Source: Candidatus Eiseniibacteriota bacterium (lineage in GTDB: Bacteria > Eisenbacteria > RBG-16-71-46). Taken from it: a stretch of 64,000 nucleotides of DNA. Where the stretch lies: assembly GCA_963707915.1 (NCBI GenBank), contig OY970178.1, positions 3,321,599 to 3,385,598 on the forward strand. Reading direction: 5' to 3'. The notes under the pieces are model-generated. The model ran no database searches, was not told the origin of the DNA, and was given only the letters and a program-made list of their open reading frames with translations. Of the stretch, positions 1 through 10,067 are shown in pieces; within the stretch, counting starts at the first letter, position 1; the number at the start of each line of letters is the position of its first letter. A program made the translations under genes and the position numbers.

Positions 1-1
1 C

Positions 2-382
2 CTGGTCGGCTTTGACGATAGCAACGCCGAAGAAGGTACCGTCATCCACTACTCGCTCTATGACACCAGGGAGCGAAGTGAGGACCCCCTCGACACTCTG
101 ATTGTCGCCATACCAGGCGAAGCGCCGGTCTCGAAGCCGGCGCTTGCACCGAATCCCACCTCTGGCACCGTGCGGCTACGACTCCCAGCGCAGTCCGCCG
201 GGCCGGTGTTCGCGGAGTACTTCGACCCGCGTGGACGGCATCTTGGCCGAGAGCGTGTCTACGCGGACCGCGGCGGGGGTGCAACGCTGCACGGATTGGA
301 CGGCCTCCCCAGCGGTAGCTACCTCGTCCGCGTTGTTCGCCCGGATACGAGCTACATCCAGAAGGTCATCGTGCTACGCTAA
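2..382 (+). CDS. C-terminal fragment of a secreted protein with a T9SS/FlgD-Ig-like C-terminal sorting domain (5' end outside the window)
   Basis: The frame is open from the window edge. The tail 'PNPTSGTVRLRLP...GLPSGSYLVRVVRPDTSYIQKVIVLR' is typical of Por/T9SS-type C-terminal domains. Confidence 0.5.
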   Translation: MVGFDDSNAEEGTVIHYSLYDTRERSEDPLDTLIVAIPGEAPVSKPALAPNPTSGTVRLRLPAQSAGPVFAEYFDPRGRHLGRERVYADRGGGATLHGLDGLPSGSYLVRVVRPDTSYIQKVIVLR

Positions 383-390
383 TTCGCTGG

Positions 391-810
391 GTGGTCCCGT
401 CCAGGCAATGCGGCTCTTCACGCTCGGCGATGTCCCCATTGACTGACCTTCCCCCCGGACGGTGCCTCGTCCCCGTCGAAGTGACGCTGGGCGGGCGGTA
501 CGCTGTCGATGCAGTGCTTCCTTCCGATATCACGTGGGTGGGACCCCCTACTACACCATGGCGTATGTACCGGAATACCCGCATCCGGCCGGCGTATCGG
601 CAGGGCGTGGCGCGGCCGTACGTGGCGCACGTGCTGGTCGGGCGGGACGGGCGGGTGCTCGACGTGCGGATCGACCAGGGCCACAGCGTCCCGATGCTGG
701 ACGAGGCGGCGGTCCGCGCGGCGCGACAGTGGGTGTTCACGCCCGCGTTCGCCAACGGCAAGCCGGTCGCCGTGTGGGTGGCGGTGCCGTTCAATTTCAG
801 CCTGCAGTAG
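391..810 (+). CDS. TonB C-terminal domain protein
   Basis: C-terminus 'HVLVGRDGRVLDVRIDQGHSVPMLDEAAVRAARQWVFTPAFANGKPVAVWVAVPFNF' matches the TonB-C fold signature. A 'PEYPHPA' (P-x-Y-P..A) motif sits in an alternative frame at about 560-590, hinting at two compensating 1-nt indels. The start is uncertain (GTG). Confidence 0.55.
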   Translation: MVPSRQCGSSRSAMSPLTDLPPGRCLVPVEVTLGGRYAVDAVLPSDITWVGPPTTPWRMYRNTRIRPAYRQGVARPYVAHVLVGRDGRVLDVRIDQGHSVPMLDEAAVRAARQWVFTPAFANGKPVAVWVAVPFNFSLQ

Positions 811-891
811 GACGGTCGCGCCCGCGGCCGCCGCGAAACCGGACGCCCGCGCCGGGTCCGGCGCGGGCGTCGGCGCGGTGCGGCGGGGGAC

Positions 892-1380
892 TCAGGCGGC
901 CTTGGATGCCTCGAGGGCCGCGAGCGCGTCCGCGGCCGGGCCGACCTTGACCTCGCGTGCGGCGTGGGTCAGCACGTAGGCCCGCAGGTTGTTGCTCGAC
1001 GGATCGGCGGGGGTCATGAAGAAGCCGCTGCGGTCCGGCATGTAGGTGAGCGTGTAGCCGAAGACCAGTTCGCCGTCCTTGAAGCGGATCGCGATCTTCT
1101 TGCCACGGCTGATGTCGCTCGTCGCACAGGCGAACCCGCGCACCTCGTGCCGGCTTCGATCGCCGGCGAAGTCCTTGACGAAGAACACCGCCTTCAGGTC
1201 TTTGCAGTGGATGTCCCTGGCCTCGCTGGATCCGGCGGGCCGCAGGTGGAAGGTCGGCCGGTTGGGGAAGAAGTCCTCGGTCGTGCCCTTCAGCAGGTGA
1301 CCGTCCAGGAACCTCACGACAACCTTGTTGGTTTCGCTCACGATGACGCCTCCGAGGAACGGGCTCGCACTCGGGTCCAT
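892..1380 (-). CDS. Conserved hypothetical protein with an internally duplicated beta module
   Basis: ATG at 1380. Two repeats are visible: 'VVVRFLDGHLLKGTT' and 'IAIRFKDGELVFGYT'. The longer 236-aa ORF upstream looks like high-GC read-through. Confidence 0.5.
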   Translation of the reverse strand: MDPSASPFLGGVIVSETNKVVVRFLDGHLLKGTTEDFFPNRPTFHLRPAGSSEARDIHCKDLKAVFFVKDFAGDRSRHEVRGFACATSDISRGKKIAIRFKDGELVFGYTLTYMPDRSGFFMTPADPSSNNLRAYVLTHAAREVKVGPAADALAALEASKAA

Positions 1381-1543
1381 GGGGTGATCGGGCGCACGGT
1401 GACAGAACTCGGACCACCGGGGTTGTCGGCAGGTCGGGGGGCGGGCTTGAGCGGGACCGCCCCGGGGGGCCAAGCCCGCGCCCCGCGGCCGGAAGGGCCC
1501 GCGGGGCGCGGGGGCAATGCCAGGTTCGCCGCCTGGCGGAGCG

Positions 1544-2751
1544 CTAGAAGCCGAGATCCAGCCGTGCGGTGGCGAAGTCCTCGGCCGGATCGTCGGCCGC
1601 ATGCGTGTCGATCACCCGGCGCGAGTACTCCAGGTGCAAGCGCCAGGTTGTCGGCGAAGTAGTAGCGTCCGCCGCCGGTCAGGCGGGTGACGTCCTCGCC
1701 GAGCCAGGTGGGGACCTGGACCAGGTCGTAGCGGGCGAAGGCCACGCACTGGACCTGCGGCTGCCAGCTCAGCTCCGCGAAGAAGCCGTTCCAGCAGACG
1801 TCATCCGGCCGGCCCCAGAGCGTCCGGTTGTCGTTGCCGTAGAGCCACTGTGCGGCGAGGTTCACCTGCGCCAGGTTGAGGCTCGCGTCCACGCCGACCC
1901 GGGTGAAGCTCTCGAGCGCGCCGGGGACGGCATCCGGGTCGGCACGCCCCGGCCGGGCCCTGCCGACGTAGCCGGTCACGCCGATCCGTTGGCCCGCCGA
2001 CTGCCCCTCGCCCTCGCCGATCACCATCGACGCGCGCGCGTAGACGTCGGCCGGACCGTCGTCGGGCAGGTTGGTGGCGGAGCCGTTGACCAGGCCGGCG
2101 GCGTAGGCGAAGCCGCGACCGCTGCCGGTGAGCTCGACGCCCTCCCGGGTCTCCGAGAACGGCGAGCCGCCGGGGAAGGCGTACTCGTAGACCTCGTAGG
2201 GAGTGATGCCCAGGTGGCGCTTGACGCTGAAGGCCGCGTACGCGGGCTCGAAGCGCCCGGCCCGCAGGTTCAGCCACGGCGAGCCCAGGCCGCTGAAGAC
2301 GACGCTCGCCATCTCGATCGTCCCTTCCTGCTCCTCGACCCCGCGCGAGCCGGCGAGCTGCGGCGGGTAGACCAGCAGGTAGCTGACGTGCGGGCGCGAG
2401 GACGCCGGCCGACAGGACGTCCAGGCCGTGCACGCGGAACCCGCTGGTGTTCGTGCCCACGGCGCCGTGCTCGAACTGCTGGTGCGTGTAGCCGTGGCTG
2501 GTCCGCAGGGCGAACGGGGGCGGGCTGTCGAGGACGGTCTTCTCCTCGTTCTCGCGGCCCGGCAGCCGGTAGCCGTTGGCGCGGAAGCGCTGGCCCCAGT
2601 CGTTCAGGCGCGGGAAGCCCGAGTGGCAGGTGGTGCAGTTGAGACCGTACTTGCGCGCGAACACCGGCACGGCGCCGGCCGGCGCCGGCCGCAGGGCGAG
2701 CAGCGTCGCGGTCGCGAGCACGGCCGCCAGAGCGATGCGGAGGGTCTTCAT
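1544..2751 (-). pseudogene. Outer-membrane beta-barrel protein with an N-terminal CxxCH haem motif; two apparent 1-nt frameshifts
   Basis: Signal peptide 'MKTLRIALAAVLATATLLA', then 'FARKYGLNCTTCHSGFPRLNDWGQRF'. The reading frame must shift near 2395 (CCC run) and near 1645 (TT run) to reach the classic barrel terminus '...ATARLDLGF*'. Confidence 0.6.
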
Positions 2752-3793
2752 CGCGGGCCTCCTCCCTGCGCGTGGTCGCCCTCGGGCAGCGCCGGGGGCG
2801 TCGATCTTCGGCTGGGTCCCGGTGAGCGCCTCGAGGAACGCGACCAGGTCCGCCTTCTCGCGCGTCGTCAGCCGGAGCGGCAGCATCAGCGGGTCGAGGT
2901 TCGGGTTCGCGGATCCCGCCGCGGTCGTAGTAGTCGACCACGTCCGCCAGGGTCTTCTCGGATCCGTCGTGCAGGTAGGGGGCGGTCAGCGCGATGTTGC
3001 GCAGGCCCGGCGTCTTGAAGCGGCCGCGGTCGCGCGGGTCCTTCGAGATCGCCTCGCGGCCGAGGTCGGGCTTGGGCTTGTCCATCCCGACCCCGATGTT
3101 GTGGTAGCCCTGGTCGGAGAAGGCGGGCCCGCTGTGGCAAGGCGTGCAGTGGCCCTTGCCGTTGAAGAGGTTCATGCCGCGGACCGCGGCGGGCGTCATG
3201 GCCGACTTCTCGCCCGCGAGCCAGCGGTCGTAGGGCGCGGGGCCGGTCACGACCGTGCGCTCGAAGGCGGCGATCGCCTTGGCGATGCCGTCGGTCGTGA
3301 CGTCGGTGCCGAAGACCGTGTTGAACTGCGCCCGGTAGCCCGGGATGGCGTTGAGCTTGCGCACCACGTTCTCGAGCGTCTCGCCCATCTCGATCGGGTT
3401 GTGGATGGGCCCGAGCGCCTGCTCCTCGAGCGAGGCGGCGCGGCCGTCCCAGAACTGCACGCGCATGTAGGCGGCGTCGAGGATGGTGCCCGAGTTGCGC
3501 CCGCCGACCTGCCCGCGGATGCCGGTGTCGGTCGGGTGGTGGTTCGCCCACCCGGTCTTCGGGGCGTGGCAGGTCGCGCAGCTGATGGTGTTGTCCGCGG
3601 AGAGCCGCGTGTCGAAGTAGAGCTGCGCGCCGAGCCGGACCTTCGCGTCGGTCTGCGGGTTGTCCGCCGGCACCGGCACCGGCGGCAGCGGACCGTTCGC
3701 GAGGTTCTGACCCAGGGCGCCGGGGGACCACGGCATGACCAGCCCTGCGAGGGCCGTGGCCAGGAGGAGCGAGGTCCAGCGTGCTCTCATCAT
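2748..3793 (-). CDS. Di-haem cytochrome c peroxidase (CCP/MauG family); 3' end needs two frame corrections
   Basis: RBS AGGAG precedes ATGATG. Two haem sites are present: 'CATCHAP' and 'CTPCHSGP'; 'LTAPYLHDGS' is also conserved. The conserved tail 'NPNLDPLMLPLRLTTREKADLVAFLEALTG' lies in another frame (shift near 2905). A further shift near 2790 (C5 run) gives a TGA overlapping the next ATG (ATGA at 2748-2751). Confidence 0.7.
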
Positions 3794-3891
3794 GCGGCTC
3801 CTTTCGGTGGAAGGGGTGACCGTCACCGGGACCGCGCGAGAGTGCCGCCGCGCCCGCCCGGCGTCAATCGGCTTCTGAGGTAGTCCCTGGT

Positions 3892-3933
3892 GGCCCAAAA
3901 GGCGGCGACCACCCCCCGAGGGGAGTGGTCGCC
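3892..3933 (-). terminator. Rho-independent terminator after the 3963-4685 gene
   Basis: Hairpin GGCGACCAC(3904-3912)...GTGGTCGCC(3925-3933), followed on the minus strand by TTTTGGG. Confidence 0.5.
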
Positions 3934-3962
3934 GTTGACCGGGGCCTGTCGGTCGCTGCGAA

Positions 3963-4685
3963 CTAGCGGTAAATGGACTTGAGCGAACCCCAGGTGGTGG
4001 TCTTGCTCGGGGTGGCGCAGTCCGACGTCAGCGTGAGCGAGATGGACGTGAAGTCCCACCACGCGCCCAGCGTCCGGGTCGGGGTGCAGCTGGTGCTGAG
4101 CAGGGCCGGGTAGTTGGCCGGCATGACGTTGCCGAGGTCCGTGGTGCCCACGCGGGTGCCGTTGCCGATCGAGAAGCCCATGCAGAGCGTCGGGTAGTTG
4201 TTGAAGTGCGCCGCCGCCTGGACGTTCGTGATCGCCGCGTAGGGAACGAAGTTGGAATACATCACGGTCTCGTACTCGACGTAGCTGTCGAAGACGCCCG
4301 GGTAATCGGCATCGCCGTTCGCCCACGGGCCGGTTCCGCTCAGCCAGAAGATGCCGCCGCTATAGACCTTCATGAAGGTGCGCTGGCCGTTGCCCTGCGG
4401 GGTGACGTAGCCGCCGATCTGGATCCCCGGCGTCAACTCGGTGCCACAGGTGTACCGCCAGACGCCGCCCAGCACGCTGCCGTCCCAGGACCCGCAGTTC
4501 TGCGTGGTGTTGATCCCCATCGCGTTGCCGCCCGCGTCCCAGCCCTCGGTGTAGCGTCCGGCCGGGATCGTGCCGCCGATGTCCGTGCTCTGGTAATTGC
4601 CGGACAGGGGCGCGGCGGCCAGGGAGACCGTCGCCGAGAAAGCCATCGCCGCCAGGACCAACAGAATCGTAACCGTTCTCTTCAT
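3963..4685 (-). CDS. Secreted hypothetical protein (Gly/Thr-rich, signal peptide)
   Basis: AGGAGG RBS, ATG at 4685, signal peptide 'MKRTVTILLVLAAMAFSATVSLAAA'. No recognisable catalytic motif. Confidence 0.6.
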   Translation of the reverse strand: MKRTVTILLVLAAMAFSATVSLAAAPLSGNYQSTDIGGTIPAGRYTEGWDAGGNAMGINTTQNCGSWDGSVLGGVWRYTCGTELTPGIQIGGYVTPQGNGQRTFMKVYSGGIFWLSGTGPWANGDADYPGVFDSYVEYETVMYSNFVPYAAITNVQAAAHFNNYPTLCMGFSIGNGTRVGTTDLGNVMPANYPALLSTSCTPTRTLGAWWDFTSISLTLTSDCATPSKTTTWGSLKSIYR

Positions 4686-4923
4686 CTGCAACCTCCTTCG
4701 AAGGGGGAGCTGCTGCGTGGCCCGAGGAGTCTGTGGGTGCGGTCGACGTCGCGACCGCGACCAGGTGCTGCCCCGATTCATTTCCTCCCAGGCGACATCG
4801 TGAGATGCGCGGCCCATCGCGTGGATCCAGCCAGAATCCGAGCGTCTACCCTGACTCGCAGGGATTATGGAATCGACCCGGCAAGGCCGCCATGCCGCAG
4901 ATCAAGTCCGGACTTGACCGCGG

Positions 4924-5646
4924 TCAAGTCGTCGGGGGCGTGACTTCCCCGGCGGCCTTGAGGAGCAGGGCGCGGTCCCGGATGCCGATGCGGTCGCGGG
5001 CGAGGGTGACGATGCCGCGCTGGGCGAAATCGCGCAGCACCCGCGAGAGCGTTTCGGGCGTGGTGCCGATCATCCGCGCCATGTCCAGCCGGCGCAGGTG
5101 CTGCGACAACAGGACCGCGGGCTCGGCCGCGCGGCGGCCGTCCTCGAGCAGGATGAGCAGCAGGCGCGCCGCACGCTGGCGGACCGGGCGATGGAGGAGG
5201 TCCATCATCAGGTCCTCCGAGAGCCGCAGCTCGCGGGCCAGCTTCGCCAGCAGCTCGAGCGCCGCCGCGGGCTCGTCGCGCAGCAACTCGCGCACGGTCG
5301 CGGCGGGGATGATGCAGATCGTGGAGTCCTCGACGGCCTCGGCGCTGGCGACGTACGGCTCGTTCGCCAGTAGCGGGCGGTAGCCAATGAGCTCGCCCGG
5401 ACCCAGCAGGCGGAGGACCTGCTCCTGGCCGCCTCGCCCGGTGCGGAAGACCTTGACCCGGCCGGAGCGGACGACGTAGAGGGCGTGGGCCGGCGCGCCG
5501 GCGAAGAAGACCACCTGCCCGCGCCGGAAGAGGTGGGTGGCCTTGTCCCGCTCGACGCGGTCCTGGGTCCGGGGGCTCAAGCCGCAGATCAGGCCGGCAG
5601 AACGCGTCTTGCAGACGGCGCAACGATCGGGGGAGGGCTTCACCAT
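4924..5646 (-). CDS. Crp/Fnr-family transcriptional regulator (FNR-like N-terminal Cys cluster)
   Basis: cNMP-binding-like 'LYVVRSGRVKVFR...GPGELIG', C-terminal HTH 'RLDMARMIGTTPETLSRVLRDF', N-terminal 'CAVCKTRSAGLIC'. Confidence 0.75.
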   Translation of the reverse strand: MVKPSPDRCAVCKTRSAGLICGLSPRTQDRVERDKATHLFRRGQVVFFAGAPAHALYVVRSGRVKVFRTGRGGQEQVLRLLGPGELIGYRPLLANEPYVASAEAVEDSTICIIPAATVRELLRDEPAAALELLAKLARELRLSEDLMMDLLHRPVRQRAARLLLILLEDGRRAAEPAVLLSQHLRRLDMARMIGTTPETLSRVLRDFAQRGIVTLARDRIGIRDRALLLKAAGEVTPPTT

Positions 5647-5897
5647 CGCGGCGCAATGGTCCCAGATGCCGGCGCCGGGGCGCAAGGCGCGGCGCGGGGC
5701 GGCCCGGCGTGGGGGGCGCCCCGCCCGGTGGGCCGCGTGCCGGGCCCCGGTTCGCGCCAGCGGACCATTCGTCGCCGCTCCGGCCCCATTCGTCCCCCCG
5801 CGGGGACCATTGGTCGGTTCGCGATGGCAGTGCGTGCCCCGGGTGAGTCAGCGTGACGGGGTCCCGAGCAGGCCTCCCTCTCTCCGGAAGGACCGTC

Positions 5898-8540
5898 ATG
5901 AAGCCGACGACCGCCACCCTGATGTTCCTCGCGCTGGCCCGGGTCGCGGTCGCCGCGGGCCCGGCTCCTGGCGGCGCCGAGGTCCGCGCGGTCCGCGCGA
6001 CTTCCCCCATCGCGATCGACGGCATCGCCTCCGAGAGCGCCTGGCGGTCGGCGCCCGTGGTCCCGGGGCTCCGCCAGCAGCGGCCCAACGAGGGCGCGGA
6101 GCCGACCCAGCGCACCGAGGTCCGCGTGCTCTACGACGACCAGGCGCTGTACGTGGCGGCGCGCATGTTCGACGCGCATCCCGACTCCATCGTCAGGACG
6201 CTGGCGCGGCGGGACTACGGCATGCGGTCGGACGTCTTCACGCTCTTCCTCGACCCGCAGCACGACCGCCGCAGCGGCTACTTCTTCGGGCTCAGCGCGG
6301 CCGGGACGCTCTACGACGGGACGCTGCAGAACGACGTCGAGCGCAGCTCGACCTGGGACGGCGTGTGGGAGGGCCGGGCGAAGGTCGACCGCGAGGGCTG
6401 GACCGCCGAGTTCCGGATCCCGTTCTCGCAGCTCCGCTTCGCCCGGGCCGAGCGGCAGGAGTGGGGCGTCAACTTCGGGCGCTCGCTGGGGCGCGGGTTC
6501 GAGGAGAACTTCCTGGTCTACACCCCGAGCAATGAGAACGGGTTCGTCTCCCGCTTCCCGCTCCTCGCCGGGCTCGAGAACGTGAGCCCCGGCCGCGCCA
6601 TCGAGATCATGCCCTACGGCACCTCCATGGCCGAGTACCTGCAACACGAGCCGCTCGATCCCTTCAACGACGGCTCGCGCCTCTCGCCGAACGCGGGCGG
6701 CGACCTGCGCATGCCGCTCGGCAGCCGGCTGACGCTGAACGCCACGGTGAATCCCGACTTCGGCCAGGTGGAGGTGGACCCGGCCGTCGTCAACCTGAGC
6801 AACGTCGAGACCTTCTTCCCGGAGAAACGCCCGTTCTTCGTCGAAGGCAACTCGGTCTTCAACGCCGGCCAGCAGGGCGCGAGCAACTACTGGAACTTCG
6901 ACCTCCCGCAGCCCACCTTCTTCTACTCCCGCCGCATCGGGCGCGCGCCGGTCGGCAGCCTCCCGGACGACGCCCGCTTCGCCGACGTGCCCAACGGGAC
7001 GACGATCCTCGGCGCGGCGAAGGTGAGCGGCAAGCTCGGGTCGGCCGCCAACTTCGGCATGCTCCACGCCGTCACGGCGCGGGAGCGTGCCGACCTGCTG
7101 GATGGCGGCCTTGCGCGGGTGAACGGCTTCGAGGTCGAGCCGCTGACCTACTACGGCGTCGCCCGCGTGCTCCGGGAGTACCCCGAGCGCCGCCACGGGA
7201 TCGGCGCGATCACCACGCTGGCGGCCCGGAGCTTCGAGTCGCGGCGCCTCGAGGACGAGTTCAACCGCACGTCGCTCACCACGGTCGTGGACGGCTGGCA
7301 CTTCCTCGACCGCGGGCAGGTGTGGGTGCTCTCCGGCTGGGCCGGCGGCACGCGCGTGACCGGCAGCCCGGACCGCATCGCGGCCATCCAGACCAGCTCG
7401 CGGCACTACTTCCAGCGTCCGGACGCGAAGCGCTACGACGTGGACCCGGCGGCCACCTCGATGTCGGGCCTGGGCGGGCGCGTGTGGCTCAACAAGGAGA
7501 AGGGCAGCTGGGCGAGCAACAGCTCCCTCGGCGTCCTGAGCCCGGGACTCGAGATGAACGACCTCGGCTACCTCAGCCAGGCCGACCTCGTCGGCGGTCA
7601 CGTCGCGGGCGGCTACCGCTGGACCAAGCCCACCCGGAACGTCAAGAACCACAGCCTCACGAGCGCGCTGTTCGGGAGCACGAACTTCGACGGCGACCTG
7701 GTCGGTGCCGGCGTCTTCACCGAGGCGTTCTGGTGGTACACGAACAACTGGTGCCTCGACCTGACGGGCGCGTACAACCCGCAGACGGTGAACCCGCGCC
7801 GCAGCTGGGGCGGACCGCTCATGCTGAACCGGCCCGGCTACTCGCTGGGGCTGTTCATGGACACCGACGGGTCGCGGGTCCGCTACTACTACCTCAACCT
7901 GTTCGGCTCGGCGCAGCCCGCGGAGGGCTCGTGGGCCTGGAGCCTCGCGCCGGGCATCGCCTGGAAGCCCGCGGCCAATCTCCAGTTCTCGCTCGGCCCC
8001 GAATTCAACCGCTCGCGCGACGGCGCGTTCTACTTCGGCTCGCTGGACGACGCCTCGGCCGCGGCGACCTACGGGCGCCGCTACCTGTTCACCGAGCTCG
8101 AGCAGACCTCGCTGGGTGCGACGCTGCGGGCCAGCATCTCGTTCACTCCCACCATGAGCCTGCAGTTCTACGGCCAGCCGCTCATCGCGACCGGCGCGTA
8201 CCGGAACGTCAAGGAGCTGGCGCGGCCGCGGAGCCTGGACTTCACCGGGCCCGGCGCGGGCGCGTGGACGTTCGATCCCGCGACCAACCGGTTCGACCCG
8301 GACGGCGCGGGCCCCGACGCCCCGTACTCGCGGGACTTCAACTTCCGATCGCTGCGCGGCAACGCCGTGTTCCGCTGGGAATACCGCCCCGGATCGACGC
8401 TCTACCTGGTCTGGACCCAGCAGCGCACCGACGCGGAAGGGAAGAGCGAATTCGACCTGGGGCCGTCGTTCCGCCGGCTGATGAGCGCCGACGCGGACAA
8501 CATCTTCCTGGCGAAGGTCACCTACTACCTCAACCTGTAG
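5898..8540 (+). CDS. DUF5916 / carbohydrate-binding-family-9-like outer-membrane protein
   Basis: Signal peptide 'MKPTTATLMFLALARVAVA', 'IAIDGIASESAW...VRVLYDDQALYVAARMFD', long beta-rich body ending 'FLAKVTYYLNL'. Confidence 0.65.
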   Translation: MKPTTATLMFLALARVAVAAGPAPGGAEVRAVRATSPIAIDGIASESAWRSAPVVPGLRQQRPNEGAEPTQRTEVRVLYDDQALYVAARMFDAHPDSIVRTLARRDYGMRSDVFTLFLDPQHDRRSGYFFGLSAAGTLYDGTLQNDVERSSTWDGVWEGRAKVDREGWTAEFRIPFSQLRFARAERQEWGVNFGRSLGRGFEENFLVYTPSNENGFVSRFPLLAGLENVSPGRAIEIMPYGTSMAEYLQHEPLDPFNDGSRLSPNAGGDLRMPLGSRLTLNATVNPDFGQVEVDPAVVNLSNVETFFPEKRPFFVEGNSVFNAGQQGASNYWNFDLPQPTFFYSRRIGRAPVGSLPDDARFADVPNGTTILGAAKVSGKLGSAANFGMLHAVTARERADLLDGGLARVNGFEVEPLTYYGVARVLREYPERRHGIGAITTLAARSFESRRLEDEFNRTSLTTVVDGWHFLDRGQVWVLSGWAGGTRVTGSPDRIAAIQTSSRHYFQRPDAKRYDVDPAATSMSGLGGRVWLNKEKGSWASNSSLGVLSPGLEMNDLGYLSQADLVGGHVAGGYRWTKPTRNVKNHSLTSALFGSTNFDGDLVGAGVFTEAFWWYTNNWCLDLTGAYNPQTVNPRRSWGGPLMLNRPGYSLGLFMDTDGSRVRYYYLNLFGSAQPAEGSWAWSLAPGIAWKPAANLQFSLGPEFNRSRDGAFYFGSLDDASAAATYGRRYLFTELEQTSLGATLRASISFTPTMSLQFYGQPLIATGAYRNVKELARPRSLDFTGPGAGAWTFDPATNRFDPDGAGPDAPYSRDFNFRSLRGNAVFRWEYRPGSTLYLVWTQQRTDAEGKSEFDLGPSFRRLMSADADNIFLAKVTYYLNL

Positions 8541-8565
8541 CGGCGCTCGACCCGCCGACGACAAA

Positions 8566-8593
8566 GCGACCACCCCGGTCACGGGGGTGGTCG
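8566..8593. terminator. Bidirectional hairpin between convergent genes
   Basis: Perfect 11-bp stem GCGACCACCCC / GGGGTGGTCGC with the 6-nt loop GGTCAC. Confidence 0.5.
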
Positions 8594-8612
8594 CTCTGAC
8601 GTTGGGGTGGCG

Positions 8613-9713
8613 TTATTCCAAGATCACGAGTCGCTGCACGAGCACGCGGCCGAGGGCCTTCAATCGCGCGAAGTAGACCCCGGAGCCCACGCCGGCCGCA
8701 CCGCGGTCCCAGGTCAGCGTGCGCGGGCCGGCGGGGGAGTCGCCGTCGGCCAGCAGGGCCACCCGCCGGCCCATGGCGTCGTAGATGGCAAGTTCCGCCC
8801 GCGCCGCGACGGGCAGGGTGAACCGCAGGCGCGCCGGCCCGACGACCGGGTTGGGCCCGGCGAGCGCGAGAGAGAGCTCGTCGAGGGGATCCGCCACGCC
8901 GGCCGTGTCGATCGAATCGGCCACGCTCAGGATCACGTCCACCACGCGCTGGGCGAACGACGGCGCCACCTCCGCGGCGAACGTGCTGTTCGGGTGGTCG
9001 TCGCTGGCGGAGGCCGCGTGGGCGGGGTCGAGGTAGATGTCGCCGCCGGTCTCCAGGTTGAAGAAGTCCCACGTGTAGATGTTGTCGCCCGGCTCGTCCC
9101 AGACGTCCCGCACCCAGTCGAAGAACTCCTTGGTGCGCGTGGCCATCTCGGGCGTCGTGTTGACGGCCAGCTTCGCGGCCCCGGTCCAGACGATGAAGCG
9201 CTTCGCCGGGAACGACCTCATCTTGGCCTTGAGCACGTCGTACTGGAGCTTGTAGTTCTCGACGGTCTGGACCGAGGAGGTGACGTCGGGGCTCCCGGTG
9301 TCCGGCCCGATGTTGCTGACCGGGAAGCAGTGCTTGAACACGATGATGTCGTACTGCGCGGTGAGCATCTCGAGCGTGGACTCACCCAGGTAGGGCGCCG
9401 CGCCCGCGTGGTTCACCCAGATGTTCCAGTAGTCGTAGGGGTAGTTGGCGTACGGATAGCCCGCGTCGGCCAGCGGGAACATCTGCTCGGTGACGGCATA
9501 GCTGGTGCCGTGGGCGGCGTTGTACGCAGTGAACCACGCCGGCACGCCACCCTTCCAGATGACATCGCCGGTGCTGTGGTGCAGGAAGACGACCTTCGCG
9601 TTCGGCGCGAGTGGCGTGCGTTCGCCGGCGACGCAGGCCACGGTGAGCGCGCCAGCAAGGACGACCGCCAGGCAGAGGCCGAGCGCGCGTCGGATCGGGG
9701 TTGCCATCGACAT
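8613..9713 (-). CDS. Secreted protein with a T9SS/FlgD-like C-terminal sorting domain
   Basis: Lipoprotein-like signal 'LAVVLAGALTVAC'. C-terminus 'NPVVGPARLRFTLPVAARAELAIYDAMGRRVALL...GVYFARLKALGRVLVQRLVILE'. Confidence 0.6.
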   Translation of the reverse strand: MSMATPIRRALGLCLAVVLAGALTVACVAGERTPLAPNAKVVFLHHSTGDVIWKGGVPAWFTAYNAAHGTSYAVTEQMFPLADAGYPYANYPYDYWNIWVNHAGAAPYLGESTLEMLTAQYDIIVFKHCFPVSNIGPDTGSPDVTSSVQTVENYKLQYDVLKAKMRSFPAKRFIVWTGAAKLAVNTTPEMATRTKEFFDWVRDVWDEPGDNIYTWDFFNLETGGDIYLDPAHAASASDDHPNSTFAAEVAPSFAQRVVDVILSVADSIDTAGVADPLDELSLALAGPNPVVGPARLRFTLPVAARAELAIYDAMGRRVALLADGDSPAGPRTLTWDRGAAGVGSGVYFARLKALGRVLVQRLVILE

Positions 9714-10067
9714 GGTGCGGGTACTCCCGTGCGGCGGGGTGGGCCGGATCCTTCAGTCGCGGCAGCCTAACGATACTGCCCTCGTACCCCGGGCGCCAGA
9801 CCGCGGTCGGGACCCGCCCGCCCGTGCCGAACGGTCCGGGCGCAAGACCTTGGGGCTGGACCACTTGCGGGCCCGGCGCGGGTGGAGCCGCTGCTGCGAC
9901 GCGGCCCCCGACGGGGCGCCCGGCCGGTCGCGTGCGACCCTTCCTGCTGCGCCCGCGGCCCACGAGATCGCTGTGGAGCGGCGCATCCGGTCGCGCGTAG
10001 ACTCCCCGCCACGAGTCCCGGTCCCCGCGATCGCGGGCGACGAAGTCCTCGGCTGGAGGAGAAGGCC

